Below are positions 39,886-49,206 of a stretch of 64,000 bases of DNA, one piece after another. The translations under genes and the position numbers were made by a program. The stretch covers positions 9,141-73,140 of the forward strand of contig JBDTMI010000014.1 of NCBI GenBank assembly GCA_039934355.1, read 5' to 3'. The stretch's first letter is position 1; each line of letters starts with the position of its first letter. Below the pieces are notes generated by a model. The model saw only the letters and a list, made by a program, of their open reading frames with translations. It searched no databases and had not been told where the DNA came from. This DNA is from Gemmatimonadales bacterium (GTDB lineage: Bacteria; Gemmatimonadota; Gemmatimonadetes; Gemmatimonadales; GWC2-71-9).

Positions 39886-40839
39886 ATGACTACACCAGTC
39901 GTTGTAGCCGATCACATTACCAAGCGGTATGCCGGGCATACCGCAGTTCGGGCGCTGTCGCTGCAGGTGTCCCGCGGAGGAATTTTCGGCTTGCTTGGAC
40001 CCAACGGGGCGGGTAAGACGACGACGATCCGAATGCTCCTCGGTATCATCACCCCCGATGAGGGCAACGTCACGCTGCTCGGTCAGGTCGGAACTGGTCG
40101 GGATCTTTCCGCGCGCATCGGGTACCTCCCGGAAGAGCGGGGTCTCTACCCCAAGATGCGGGTGCTGGACCAGCTCGCGTTCCTCGGCGAAGCCAAGGGG
40201 CTCGGCCGGTGGGATGCCCGGAAGCGGGCCGGAGTCTGGCTGGAGCGGCTGGGGTTGGGCGACTGGGCACTCAAGAAGGTGTCGGATCTCTCCAAGGGGA
40301 TGCAGCAGAAGGTCCAGTTCGCCGGTGCTCTTCAACATGATCCTGAACTGGTCATCCTGGATGAGCCGTTCAGCGGGCTCGATCCGGTCAACAGTCAAGT
40401 CATGCGCGATGTCGTGGTGGATGTCGCCCGAAGCGGCCGGACGGTGCTGTTCTCCACCCACATCATGGAGCACGCCGAAAAGATGTGCGATCATGTGGTG
40501 ATCATCGCACGGGGGGAGAAGGTGGTCGACGGGACGATGGCGGAAGTCAAGCGCGAAGGTGGGAAAACCCATGTCGCCCTCACCTTTACACGGAATGCGC
40601 AGGCGGCCAGGGGTATCCTCGCGGATCGTTCCCTCGTGGCGACGGTCGACGATGCCGGAGCGACGGCGGAGGTCGGGCTGGTTCCCGGTGCGGATCCCGA
40701 ACGGTTGCTGAAGGCGCTGGTCATGCAGGACGTCGGGCTGTCACGGTTCGAGGTGGTGGAGCCTTCGCTCCAGTCGATCTTCATTGCCAAGGTCGGACCC
40801 GAGGCCGCCCACCCCGTGGCCCGATCGGAGGTCGCATGA
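39886..40839 (+). CDS. ABC-2 type ATP-binding protein (YhaQ/NatA-like)
   Basis: GPNGAGKTT, GYLPEERGLY, LSKGMQQK, LDEPFSGLDP. Confidence 0.92.
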   Translation: MTTPVVVADHITKRYAGHTAVRALSLQVSRGGIFGLLGPNGAGKTTTIRMLLGIITPDEGNVTLLGQVGTGRDLSARIGYLPEERGLYPKMRVLDQLAFLGEAKGLGRWDARKRAGVWLERLGLGDWALKKVSDLSKGMQQKVQFAGALQHDPELVILDEPFSGLDPVNSQVMRDVVVDVARSGRTVLFSTHIMEHAEKMCDHVVIIARGEKVVDGTMAEVKREGGKTHVALTFTRNAQAARGILADRSLVATVDDAGATAEVGLVPGADPERLLKALVMQDVGLSRFEVVEPSLQSIFIAKVGPEAAHPVARSEVA

Positions 40840-42131
40840 ACAAGATCATCGCGGTCATCCGGCGGGAGTTCATCGAACGGGTCCGGACCAAGGCATTCAT
40901 CATCGGTACCGTGCTTGTCCCGGTGCTTTGGATCGGGTTCGGACTTCTTCCGCGTCTTCTCCTGGAGCGCGAGACCGGTGCGCAGCGTCTGGTGGTCCTG
41001 GACCGGACCCAGAGCGATGTCGGGGCGAGAATCGCTGCTGCCCTGGAGGCAGTCAAGGCGGGGGAAGGCGACGCGACCCAGTTTGCCGTCGAGCACATGG
41101 CGGTCGGGTCGGACTGGGAGTCAGTCCGAGATTCGTTGGTGCGACTCACTGGCCTCTCCGAGGCCCCGCCCTCGGCGCCCCACGGCATCCTGATTCTTGA
41201 CGAATTCTCCGTCGATAGCGGCAGAGCTTCATATCTCGGGTCGAATGTCGCGAGCCCCCGGCTCACCAACGCGATCGAGCACGCCATCGAACCTGTCCTC
41301 CTGGCGATCAGGCTAGAGCGGAAGCAGCTCGACTCGAGCGTCGTGGCGGCGGCGATGATCCGGTTGTCGCTCCAGACCACGAGGGTGACCGAAGGTCATG
41401 TGACCGGCCAGAGCGGCGAGCAGACGTTCTTTCTCGCCTATTTCATTGACATGCTCATGTACTTCGCGCTCCTGTTTTACGGCATCCAGGTCAGCAGCGC
41501 CGTCATGGAGGAGAAGACCAACCGCATCGTGGAGATTCTGGTGTCGAGCCTGCGGCCGTTTGAACTCCTGATGGGCAAGGTGATCGGAGTCGGCGCGGCC
41601 GGGCTGATGCAGATGGGGATCTGGCTGGGGACCGGGTTATTCGTGAGCACGATCCTCAGTCGACCCGGCCCCGCAGGCGCGGCCCCGACGGGATTCCAGC
41701 TCCCCGAAGTGTCCCTCGCGCTCGTGGCCATCATTCTGATCTGCTTCCTGCTCGGGTTTTTCTTTTATGCCAGCCTGTACGCCGCCATCGGCTCCATGTG
41801 CAACACCCAGCAGGAAGCTCAGCAGACCGCAACACCGGTCACCATGCTCGTGGTGGCTGGCATGATCCTGATGTTCGGGCTGGTGAATGATCCGAACTCC
41901 ACACTCGCCCGGGTCGTCACCTTCATTCCCTTCTTCACCGCGCTGGTCTTGCCCGTGCGATATGCACTGACACCGCTGCCGCTGCCGGAGGTGCTTGGCG
42001 GTATCCTGGCGCTCCTCCTCGGCATTCTTGGGGTCGTATGGCTCGCGGGCAGGATCTACCGCGTTGGCATTCTGTCGTATGGCAAAAAGCCGTCATTGCG
42101 TGAACTGTGGCGCTGGGTTCGAACAGACTGA
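40836..42131 (+). CDS. ABC-2 type permease (YhaP/NatB-like)
   Basis: IRREF.ERVRTK and EEKTNRIVEILVSS; multiple TM helices; GGAGG RBS with ATGA overlap. Confidence 0.9.
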   Translation: MNKIIAVIRREFIERVRTKAFIIGTVLVPVLWIGFGLLPRLLLERETGAQRLVVLDRTQSDVGARIAAALEAVKAGEGDATQFAVEHMAVGSDWESVRDSLVRLTGLSEAPPSAPHGILILDEFSVDSGRASYLGSNVASPRLTNAIEHAIEPVLLAIRLERKQLDSSVVAAAMIRLSLQTTRVTEGHVTGQSGEQTFFLAYFIDMLMYFALLFYGIQVSSAVMEEKTNRIVEILVSSLRPFELLMGKVIGVGAAGLMQMGIWLGTGLFVSTILSRPGPAGAAPTGFQLPEVSLALVAIILICFLLGFFFYASLYAAIGSMCNTQQEAQQTATPVTMLVVAGMILMFGLVNDPNSTLARVVTFIPFFTALVLPVRYALTPLPLPEVLGGILALLLGILGVVWLAGRIYRVGILSYGKKPSLRELWRWVRTD

Positions 42132-42148
42132 GACCTGGGCCAATGCAG

Positions 42149-42191
42149 GGACGACGGGGTGGGCCCAGCGGGCCCACCCCGTCGTCCGTTT
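42149..42191 (+). terminator. 18-bp hairpin terminator
   Basis: GGACGACGGGGTGGGCCC-agc-GGGCCCACCCCGTCGTCC followed by GTTT. Confidence 0.65.
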
Positions 42192-42251
42192 GCGGCCCTC
42201 CGTGAAGCCTCGGCGTACCGCATCGATGTCCCCCGAAGTAGGTTCTGATCC

Positions 42252-44123
42252 ATGGAATGCTATGACGTCGTCGTGATCGGTGGCGGCCACGCCGGAAGCG
42301 AGGCGGCCCGTGCGGCGGCCCGGCTTGGCGCCCGCACGCTCCTCCTGACCCAGAATCTGGAGACCATCGGTCAACTGTCCTGCAACCCGGCGATCGGTGG
42401 GATCGCCAAGGGTACCGTCGTGCGCGAGGTCGACGCGCTCGGGGGGATCATGGGCCGCGCGACTGACCGCGCCATGATCCAGTTCCGAATGCTCAATCGC
42501 TCCAAGGGTCCTGCCGTTCGCTCGCCACGCGCTCAGTGCGATCGCGGACTCTACCGGCGAGCGGTGCGTACGCTGCTCGAACAGGAACCAGGTTTGGATT
42601 TCGCGCAGGGCACGGTCGCCGGTCTTGTCATCCGTGCGGGTAGGGTCGAGGCGGTCGTTACTCGCGAGGGGACTCGCATCGCCACTCGAGCGCTTGTGGT
42701 CACCGCCGGCACGTTTTTGCGAGGCCAGATTCATGTTGGCAGAGATGCAGCGATTCCGGGAGGGCGCGCCGGTGATGCTTCCTCGGTTGAACTCTCACAA
42801 GCTATTGCAGCACAAGGCATTACAGTAGAACGATTCAAGACAGGTACTCCCCCACGCCTGGACGGACGGAGCATCGATCTCGAGCGACTTCCGCGACAGG
42901 ACGGGGACACCGAGCCTTACTGGTTTTCCGTTCACGCGCGTGCGCCTCGCCTTCCCCAACTCCCCTGCTACCTCGCGTGGGCAGGGAGCGAGGTGAAGGC
43001 GATTGTCGAGCGTGAACTGCACCACTCGGCTCTCTATGGGGGCATGATCAGTGGTCGTGGTCCTCGCTACTGCCCTTCGATCGAGGACAAGATCGTCAAG
43101 TTCCGCGAGGCAGAGCGCCACCAGTTATTTCTGGAGCCGGAGGGACTGGAGACGAGCGAGCTCTACCTCAACGGTCTTTCCACCTCTCTCCCTGCAGCCA
43201 CACAACTGGAGCTCGTGCGGGCCGTTCCGGGATTGGAGCGGGCACTCATAACTCGGCCCGGCTACGCCATCGAGTACGATTACTTCCCGCCAACGCAACT
43301 GCTTCCGACGCTCCAACTCAGGGACTGCGCCGGGCTCTACTTCGCCGGACAGGTCAACGGGACGACTGGCTACGAGGAAGCCGCCGCACAGGGGATCATG
43401 GCGGGGATGAATGCCGCGCTCACTGCTTCCGGCCGTGCGGCAGTCGTGCTGCGGCGCGATCAGGCGATGATCGGAGTATTGATCGATGACCTGGTGACAC
43501 GTGGTGTCGACGAGCCGTATCGGCTCTTCACCTCGCGCTCCGAATTTCGACTCCTTCTGCGTCAGGATAATGCGCTCAGGCGCCTGCTGCCGCTGGCTGA
43601 GCAAATCAACCTGCTCGATCAGGCGGAGCTGGAGGCCGGGCGAGAGCGACTATCCCAGGAGGAGCAGGTGCGTCGGGAGGCTGACGATATCACCCTTACG
43701 CCTGAAGATGTTAACGCATTTCTCGAGGCTAGTGATTCGACCCTGATAACGGAGCCGGTCCGGATTTCCGACTTGGCTCGCCGCCCGTCGGTCCCACTCC
43801 GAGGACTGCTTGAGGTCGCTGGTTGGCGAGGTGAACCGGACGCTGCGGAATGGCCGGATATCGAGTTCAAGTACGAAGGCTATCTCAAGCGGGAACAAGC
43901 GGCCGCAGCGCGCTTGGCCGCGCAGGAGGACTTCCTCCTTCCGATCGAGCTACCGGTCATGTCCTTTCAGACCATCTCAAATGAGGCCCGCGAAAAGCTC
44001 CTGGCTCGGCGGCCGCCCACGATTGCGAGCGCAGGTCGCATCCCCGGAATCTCACCCAGCGACCTCCAGAATCTTGTCCGTGAGACGCTCAAGTGGAGGG
44101 CCGGGAAGGCCGCTTCGAAATAG
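42252..44123 (+). CDS. mnmG: tRNA U34 carboxymethylaminomethyl modification enzyme MnmG (GidA)
   Basis: GGGHAG, SCNPAIGG, RFKTGTPPR, GPRYCPSIEDK, GQVNGTTGYEEAAAQG, EPYRLFTSRSE. Confidence 0.97.
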   Translation: MECYDVVVIGGGHAGSEAARAAARLGARTLLLTQNLETIGQLSCNPAIGGIAKGTVVREVDALGGIMGRATDRAMIQFRMLNRSKGPAVRSPRAQCDRGLYRRAVRTLLEQEPGLDFAQGTVAGLVIRAGRVEAVVTREGTRIATRALVVTAGTFLRGQIHVGRDAAIPGGRAGDASSVELSQAIAAQGITVERFKTGTPPRLDGRSIDLERLPRQDGDTEPYWFSVHARAPRLPQLPCYLAWAGSEVKAIVERELHHSALYGGMISGRGPRYCPSIEDKIVKFREAERHQLFLEPEGLETSELYLNGLSTSLPAATQLELVRAVPGLERALITRPGYAIEYDYFPPTQLLPTLQLRDCAGLYFAGQVNGTTGYEEAAAQGIMAGMNAALTASGRAAVVLRRDQAMIGVLIDDLVTRGVDEPYRLFTSRSEFRLLLRQDNALRRLLPLAEQINLLDQAELEAGRERLSQEEQVRREADDITLTPEDVNAFLEASDSTLITEPVRISDLARRPSVPLRGLLEVAGWRGEPDAAEWPDIEFKYEGYLKREQAAAARLAAQEDFLLPIELPVMSFQTISNEAREKLLARRPPTIASAGRIPGISPSDLQNLVRETLKWRAGKAASK

Positions 44124-44152
44124 CTTACGGCCCTTCTGCGGTGCCATGAGGG

Positions 44153-44168
44153 TGTTTCACGTGAAACA
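44153..44168. promoter_or_regulatory. parS centromere site (perfect palindrome)
   Basis: TGTTTCACGTGAAACA matches the bacterial parS consensus and lies upstream of parAB. Confidence 0.93.
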
Positions 44169-44210
44169 CCTCCGCCAAGGAACCACGTTTCAGCACCGCC
44201 TCGCGCCCGC

Positions 44211-44226
44211 TGTTGCACGTGAAACA
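44211..44226. promoter_or_regulatory. parS site (second copy)
   Basis: TGTTGCACGTGAAACA differs from the first site at one base. Confidence 0.85.
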
Positions 44227-44360
44227 CCCCCAATTGTCGACTCGCCATTTCGCCGCTGGGCCTGCAAAGCTATATTCAAACGTTTCGAACTTTGGTGCAA
44301 TACCGATGGATAATAACCAAGTTCTAATATTGTAAGTCACACAACAACAAAGACTTATAA

Positions 44361-45170
44361 ATGGCTAGAATCATCGCCATCGCGAATCAGAAGGGTGGCG
44401 TCGGCAAGACCACGACGGCGGTGAATCTTGCGGCCTCTCTGGCGATCGCGGAGCGGAAGACCCTGCTGGTGGACGCCGATCCGCAGGGCAATGCGACGAG
44501 CGGGGTTGGAGTTCGACGCGACCAGGTGCGCCTTTCGCTCTACGATGTGATGATCGATGGCCGTCCGGTCCACGATGTATTGCTGAACGATCCCAATCTT
44601 CCCTTCCTTGACGTCCTCCCCGCAACCCAGGACCTCGTCGGGGCTGAACTGGAGTTAGTCGAGCGTCGCGATCGAGAGCACGCCCTCGCACGTGCCCTTG
44701 AGCCGGCGCGCGCGACGCACGAATACATTCTCGTGGATTGTCCGCCGTCCCTCGGCCTCATCACATTGAATGTGCTCGCGGCGGCCGATGGCGTGATCAT
44801 CCCGATTCAGTGCGAGTACTACGCACTCGAGGGGATCTCTCAGCTCCTCAACACCGTCAAGCTGGTGCAGCAGAATTTCAACCCCCGTCTCGCGATCGAC
44901 GGCGTGCTGCTGACGATGTACGACTCTCGGGTGAATCTCTGCCGGCAGGTCGCCGCAGACGCCAAGGAATATTTCGGTGCCCGAATGTTCCCGACCGTCA
45001 TTCCCCGGAACGTCCGGCTCGCCGAGGCGCCGAGCTACGGCAAACCGATCCTGCTGTATGACATTCAATCCGTCGGAGCGAAGAGCTATCTGGCCGTCGC
45101 GCAGGAACTCGTGCGGCGAGCGGAAGCGCACACCACGGAGGAGTCCGCACTCCCTGAGGTGACCCAATGA
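44361..45170 (+). CDS. parA: chromosome partitioning ATPase ParA/Soj
   Basis: NQKGGVGKTT, DPQGNAT, DCPPSLG, QCEYYALEG, PRNVRLAEAPS. Confidence 0.96.
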   Translation: MARIIAIANQKGGVGKTTTAVNLAASLAIAERKTLLVDADPQGNATSGVGVRRDQVRLSLYDVMIDGRPVHDVLLNDPNLPFLDVLPATQDLVGAELELVERRDREHALARALEPARATHEYILVDCPPSLGLITLNVLAAADGVIIPIQCEYYALEGISQLLNTVKLVQQNFNPRLAIDGVLLTMYDSRVNLCRQVAADAKEYFGARMFPTVIPRNVRLAEAPSYGKPILLYDIQSVGAKSYLAVAQELVRRAEAHTTEESALPEVTQ

Positions 45171-46036
45171 GTGAATCCAAGCGACTGGGGCGTGGGCTGG
45201 AAGCGCTGCTCGGCCCCGTCTCGCGTCGGGACGCCGATGCGGGTGGGTCGCTTCAGGAGCTCCCGGTTTCAGCGATCCGGCCCAATCCGTACCAGCCGCG
45301 CGCTCGAATTGACGAGCCGCAGTTCCAGGAACTGGTAGCGTCCCTCGAATCCGCCGGCTTGCTCCAGCCGATTGTCGTCCGACGCCACCTCGACGGCTAC
45401 CAATTGATCGCAGGGGAGCGCCGCTGGCGCGCGGCGCAGAGGCTCGGGTGGGAGAAAATCCCCGCCGTCATCAAGGAGGCCGACGACCGAACCCTCCTCA
45501 CCCTCGCGCTGGTCGAGAACCTCCAGCGCGACAATCTGTCGGCGATCGAGGAGGCTACCAGTTACCAGCGGCTTATCGACGAGTTTCACGTCTCGCAGAC
45601 CGAGGTGGCGCGACTGGTCGGACGGGACCGTTCAACGGTGGCGAATGCGCTGCGTCTCCTGAAGCTGCCCTCAGAGGTCACCGTCATGGTGGATGACGGT
45701 CGCCTCTCCGAAGGGCATGCGCGTGCCCTCCTCGGGCTGGGCGACCGGACTCAAATTCTGCGGCTGGCGCAGGATGCGGCAACGCAAGGCTGGTCGGTGC
45801 GAGACCTGGAGGTCAAGGTGCGCGGCGCGCGGCCCGCTACGGCACGGCGCCCCGCCGTGCGACAGCAGGCGCCAGAGCACCGTCGCGTCGAGGATGCCCT
45901 GCGCAAGCGACTTGGCACCGACGTGCGCGTCACGGCCCGCCGTCGCGGGCGAGGGATGCTTGCGATCAGCTACTACTCCGAAGACGACTTGTCCCGGGTG
46001 CTCGATATGATCCTGGGCGAACCGTTCGGGGGGTGA
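45167..46036 (+). CDS. parB: chromosome partitioning protein ParB/Spo0J
   Basis: LGRGLEAL, NPYQPR, IAGERRWRA, ENLQR, HTH with RSTVAN.LRL. Confidence 0.96.
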   Translation: MSESKRLGRGLEALLGPVSRRDADAGGSLQELPVSAIRPNPYQPRARIDEPQFQELVASLESAGLLQPIVVRRHLDGYQLIAGERRWRAAQRLGWEKIPAVIKEADDRTLLTLALVENLQRDNLSAIEEATSYQRLIDEFHVSQTEVARLVGRDRSTVANALRLLKLPSEVTVMVDDGRLSEGHARALLGLGDRTQILRLAQDAATQGWSVRDLEVKVRGARPATARRPAVRQQAPEHRRVEDALRKRLGTDVRVTARRRGRGMLAISYYSEDDLSRVLDMILGEPFGG

Positions 46037-46839
46037 CTGTGGACCGTCGCCACGTAACAATCGTGGTGCATCAGGATGGCACCCCCGTCTCTCGCACCTG
46101 GCGGCTGCCGGTCTGGGGCGTCCGCGCCATTTTCACCTCCACTGCGGTGATCGGCGCCCTCCTGCTTCTTGGGACAGCGCTGTACCTACCCGTTGCGACA
46201 CAGGCGGCGCGGGTTCCCGGGCTGGTTCGGGAACGGGATCGCCTGCAAGCCGAAAGCAAGCGCATCGGCGAACTCGTCGCGGCACTGGATAGCGCCGAAC
46301 GCCGGTACGACCGCATTCGGAGCATGATGGGGGCGGACGTCGTTCCGGACCCGATTCGCCGCAGCGGGTCGCTCCCGATTGCGCCAACGATTACCGCGCG
46401 GGTGGCCGGTTCGACAAACCGCTACGAATCAGGCGGGTCAGTGCCAAGTCACTGGCCATTGGAGGAAGCGGGCTTCGTGACGCGTGGCCAGACAAGCAGC
46501 GTTGCCGGTGAAGATCGGGGTGGGGAAGCGCATCCCGGCATTGATATCGCGCTTCCCATTGGGACGGCGGTCCGGGCTGCCGGCGGTGGGAAGGTGCTGG
46601 AGGCCAGCGAACAGGCGGAATACGGTCGCTATGTGCTGGTCGAGCATCCGGACGGCTTTCAAACCGTTTACGGCCATCTCAGCCGAATTGCTGTCGCACC
46701 GGGAAGTATCGTCGAAGCGGGTCAGGTGGTTGGCCTGACCGGAAACACCGGGAATTCAAGCGCCCCACACCTCCACTTCGAAATTCGTCAAAACGGAACT
46801 TCAATCGATCCCCGTACCCTCCTGAAGGAGCCACGCTGA
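46033..46839 (+). CDS. M23 family metallopeptidase
   Basis: TM helix plus coiled coil; HPGIDI, YGHLS, GNTGNSSAPHLHFEI. Confidence 0.92.
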   Translation: MTVDRRHVTIVVHQDGTPVSRTWRLPVWGVRAIFTSTAVIGALLLLGTALYLPVATQAARVPGLVRERDRLQAESKRIGELVAALDSAERRYDRIRSMMGADVVPDPIRRSGSLPIAPTITARVAGSTNRYESGGSVPSHWPLEEAGFVTRGQTSSVAGEDRGGEAHPGIDIALPIGTAVRAAGGGKVLEASEQAEYGRYVLVEHPDGFQTVYGHLSRIAVAPGSIVEAGQVVGLTGNTGNSSAPHLHFEIRQNGTSIDPRTLLKEPR

Positions 46840-47273
46840 TGGCGCTCTTTTCCCGCCCCTCACAATCAAATCGTCCCGACTCGCCCACCCGCCGAGGCGA
46901 GGGCGCGGGGCTGACCATTATTGCAAGCGGCACAACGGTGGCCGGTGACGTCGTTAGCGACGGTATTGTGAAAATCGAGGGAGCCGTCGAAGGGACAATC
47001 CGGGCAGGGACCCAGCTCCTGATCGCTCCAGGAGCACAGGTCCGTGGGGATGTTTTCGCGCTGGAAGTCATCGTCGGCGGGGACATCCGCGGTGGAGTGC
47101 ACGCCGACGAACGGGTTGAGATCCAGGCGGGGGCGATCGTCGATGGCGACATTCGCACCCAGCGGATCCACGTGGTCGACGGTGGACGGGTTAACGGTCA
47201 CATTGTGATGGAGCCGGAGGGCGTCGGCCGGGGAACCGAGGTATTCGGGTCGCAGGGGCTAACGAATGCCTGA
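46839..47273 (+). CDS. bactofilin (polymer-forming cytoskeletal protein)
   Basis: Beta-helix repeats TIIASGTTVAGDV..IEGAVEGTI..V.GDV..GDI..GGRVNGHI. Confidence 0.92.
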   Translation: MALFSRPSQSNRPDSPTRRGEGAGLTIIASGTTVAGDVVSDGIVKIEGAVEGTIRAGTQLLIAPGAQVRGDVFALEVIVGGDIRGGVHADERVEIQAGAIVDGDIRTQRIHVVDGGRVNGHIVMEPEGVGRGTEVFGSQGLTNA

Positions 47274-47285
47274 CGCGAGGCCGGA

Positions 47286-47326
47286 CTACCCACATTCGTT
47301 GATAAGCCGGTCGAAGTTGTGGAAAT
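47286..47326. promoter_or_regulatory. cluster of three degenerate DnaA-box-like 9-mers
   Basis: CTACCCACA (+, 47286), TTATCAACG (-, 47297-47305), ATTTCCACA (-, 47318-47326), compared with TTWTNCACA. Confidence 0.35.
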
Positions 47327-47382
47327 CAACTCGGAACTGACGGTCGATTTTCGCGCTGCCTCGTTACTGTCGAGTTAATATC

Positions 47383-48360
47383 GTGAAACTGTTTGTAACC
47401 ATACCATGTGCGCTCGGCCTCCTGGTCCTCGCCGGTTGCGGCAACAAACCGACCGCTGCGGTTGGTTTCCGGGCGGGGCTTGTCACGCCCGGCTCGATCG
47501 CGGACGCAGCCTGGAACTCGGGGGCATATAAAGGACTGGAGCAGATCCGGGATTCGTTGCACGTCCTGGTGAGTCAAGTCGAAGCGCGTACCCCGGCCGA
47601 ACAGGAAGAAGCGCTCCGCACATATGCCGCGCAGGGGTATGAGCTCGTCTTCGGGCACGGCTTCGAATTCCAGGGGGCGGCGGAGCGAGTCTCGGCCCAA
47701 TACCCCAAGACCGTATTCGTCGTCACCAGCGGCGAACGAGTTCAGGGTAACGTGTCGCCCCTCATCTTCCGGCTCCATGAAGCGAGCTATCTCGCCGGGA
47801 TGGTGGCCGGCGGGATGACGAAAACCAACACCATCGGATTCGTGGGCGGAATCGAACTCCCGCCGATCAAGGAGGCCGAAGCCGCCTGGGTTGCCGGGGC
47901 ACGTGCCGTCAATCCAAAGGTCACATCGCGCTCCACCTACCTCAACACCTTTGACGACGTGGCAGCCGGCAGGGAGGCGGCGATTGCGCTGCTGCAGGCT
48001 GGCGTGGACATGTTCCATCACAACGCCGATCAGGCGGCACTGGGAGTGTTTCAGGCTGTGAAGGAGTCGCCCTCGGCGTTCATCCTGGGCGCGAATCTCG
48101 ATCAGACGGCCCTGGCTCCAAGCCGGGTCCTTGGTTCAGCGATCATCGACCTGCCCCGCGCCTTCCTCGCGATCGCGCGAGAGGTGAAGTCCGGCAACTT
48201 CCAGCCGAGAGTCGAATCGTTTGGATTGAAGAGCGGGGTAATCCGGTATGAATCGAATCCGGCGCTCGAGTCAACCCTGCCCGAGGCGCTGCGGCAACGG
48301 GTCAACGAGGCGCGAGACTCGATCAGCGCCGCAGATCCGGGCCCGCCTGCAGCTCCGTGA
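47383..48360 (+). CDS. BMP family ABC substrate-binding lipoprotein (nucleoside type)
   Basis: Lipobox LAGC; D.AWN..AY.G, GHGFEF, EASYLAG, IGFVGG. Confidence 0.9.
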   Translation: MKLFVTIPCALGLLVLAGCGNKPTAAVGFRAGLVTPGSIADAAWNSGAYKGLEQIRDSLHVLVSQVEARTPAEQEEALRTYAAQGYELVFGHGFEFQGAAERVSAQYPKTVFVVTSGERVQGNVSPLIFRLHEASYLAGMVAGGMTKTNTIGFVGGIELPPIKEAEAAWVAGARAVNPKVTSRSTYLNTFDDVAAGREAAIALLQAGVDMFHHNADQAALGVFQAVKESPSAFILGANLDQTALAPSRVLGSAIIDLPRAFLAIAREVKSGNFQPRVESFGLKSGVIRYESNPALESTLPEALRQRVNEARDSISAADPGPPAAP

Positions 48361-49163
48361 CACACCAGACTGTTCCACTCGCAGAAATTACGGAATACCT
48401 CGATGGGTACCTCCGGACCCGGGATGTGCCGGATGATCCGTCGGCCCTCAACGGATTGCAGGTTGAGAATGCGGGCCGGGTAGGGTGTATCATCGCAGCT
48501 GTCGATGCATCGCAGGCCACCATTGACGGGCTCCGCGGCAACACCGAGGGACTGAATGCGCCGACCTCGCCACTGCTGATCGTTCATCATGGGCTGTTCT
48601 GGGACGGGAACTTGCCAGTGACCGGACGCCGCTACCGGCGTCTCCGTGCGCTGCTCGCGCAGGATGCCGCACTCTATTCCGCCCACATCCCGCTGGACGT
48701 TCATCCGGAGGTGGGCAACAATCAGGTGCTCGCGCGCCGTCTCGGGCTGAATGACCTCGCGCCGTTCGGCCACCACAAGGGGATCCAGATCGGGATCGCC
48801 GGGACCGCTCCGCCCACCATTCGCACCCGCGATGCGCTGGTCGCCGCTTTGGCCGGTACGCTAGGAGTGACTGCGGCCGCGATCAAGGTCATCGCCGGTG
48901 GTCCGGAACAGCTGAACCGCATCGGCGTCATCACTGGCGGCGCCGGCAGCGCCATCCTCCAGGCGCGAGACGCCGGTTGCGACACATTTATCACGGGGGA
49001 AGGCGCGGCGCATACGTATTTCGATGCGATGGAGGGTGGAATCACCGTCCTGTACGCGGGACACTACGCGACAGAAACCGTGGGGGTGCAGGCGCTCGCG
49101 GCTCATCTCAGTACCCGATTCCACCTGCCCTGGGCATTTCACGACCACCCCACGGGACTCTAG
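48357..49163 (+). CDS. Nif3/DUF34 dinuclear metal-centre protein
   Basis: NGLQV, VHHGLFW, HIPLD.HPEVGNN, ITGE, AGHYATE. Confidence 0.92.
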   Translation: MTHQTVPLAEITEYLDGYLRTRDVPDDPSALNGLQVENAGRVGCIIAAVDASQATIDGLRGNTEGLNAPTSPLLIVHHGLFWDGNLPVTGRRYRRLRALLAQDAALYSAHIPLDVHPEVGNNQVLARRLGLNDLAPFGHHKGIQIGIAGTAPPTIRTRDALVAALAGTLGVTAAAIKVIAGGPEQLNRIGVITGGAGSAILQARDAGCDTFITGEGAAHTYFDAMEGGITVLYAGHYATETVGVQALAAHLSTRFHLPWAFHDHPTGL

Positions 49164-49206
49164 CCGAGCCCCGGCCGGACTACCGCCGTCACGGCCGCCC
49201 TCCCCG

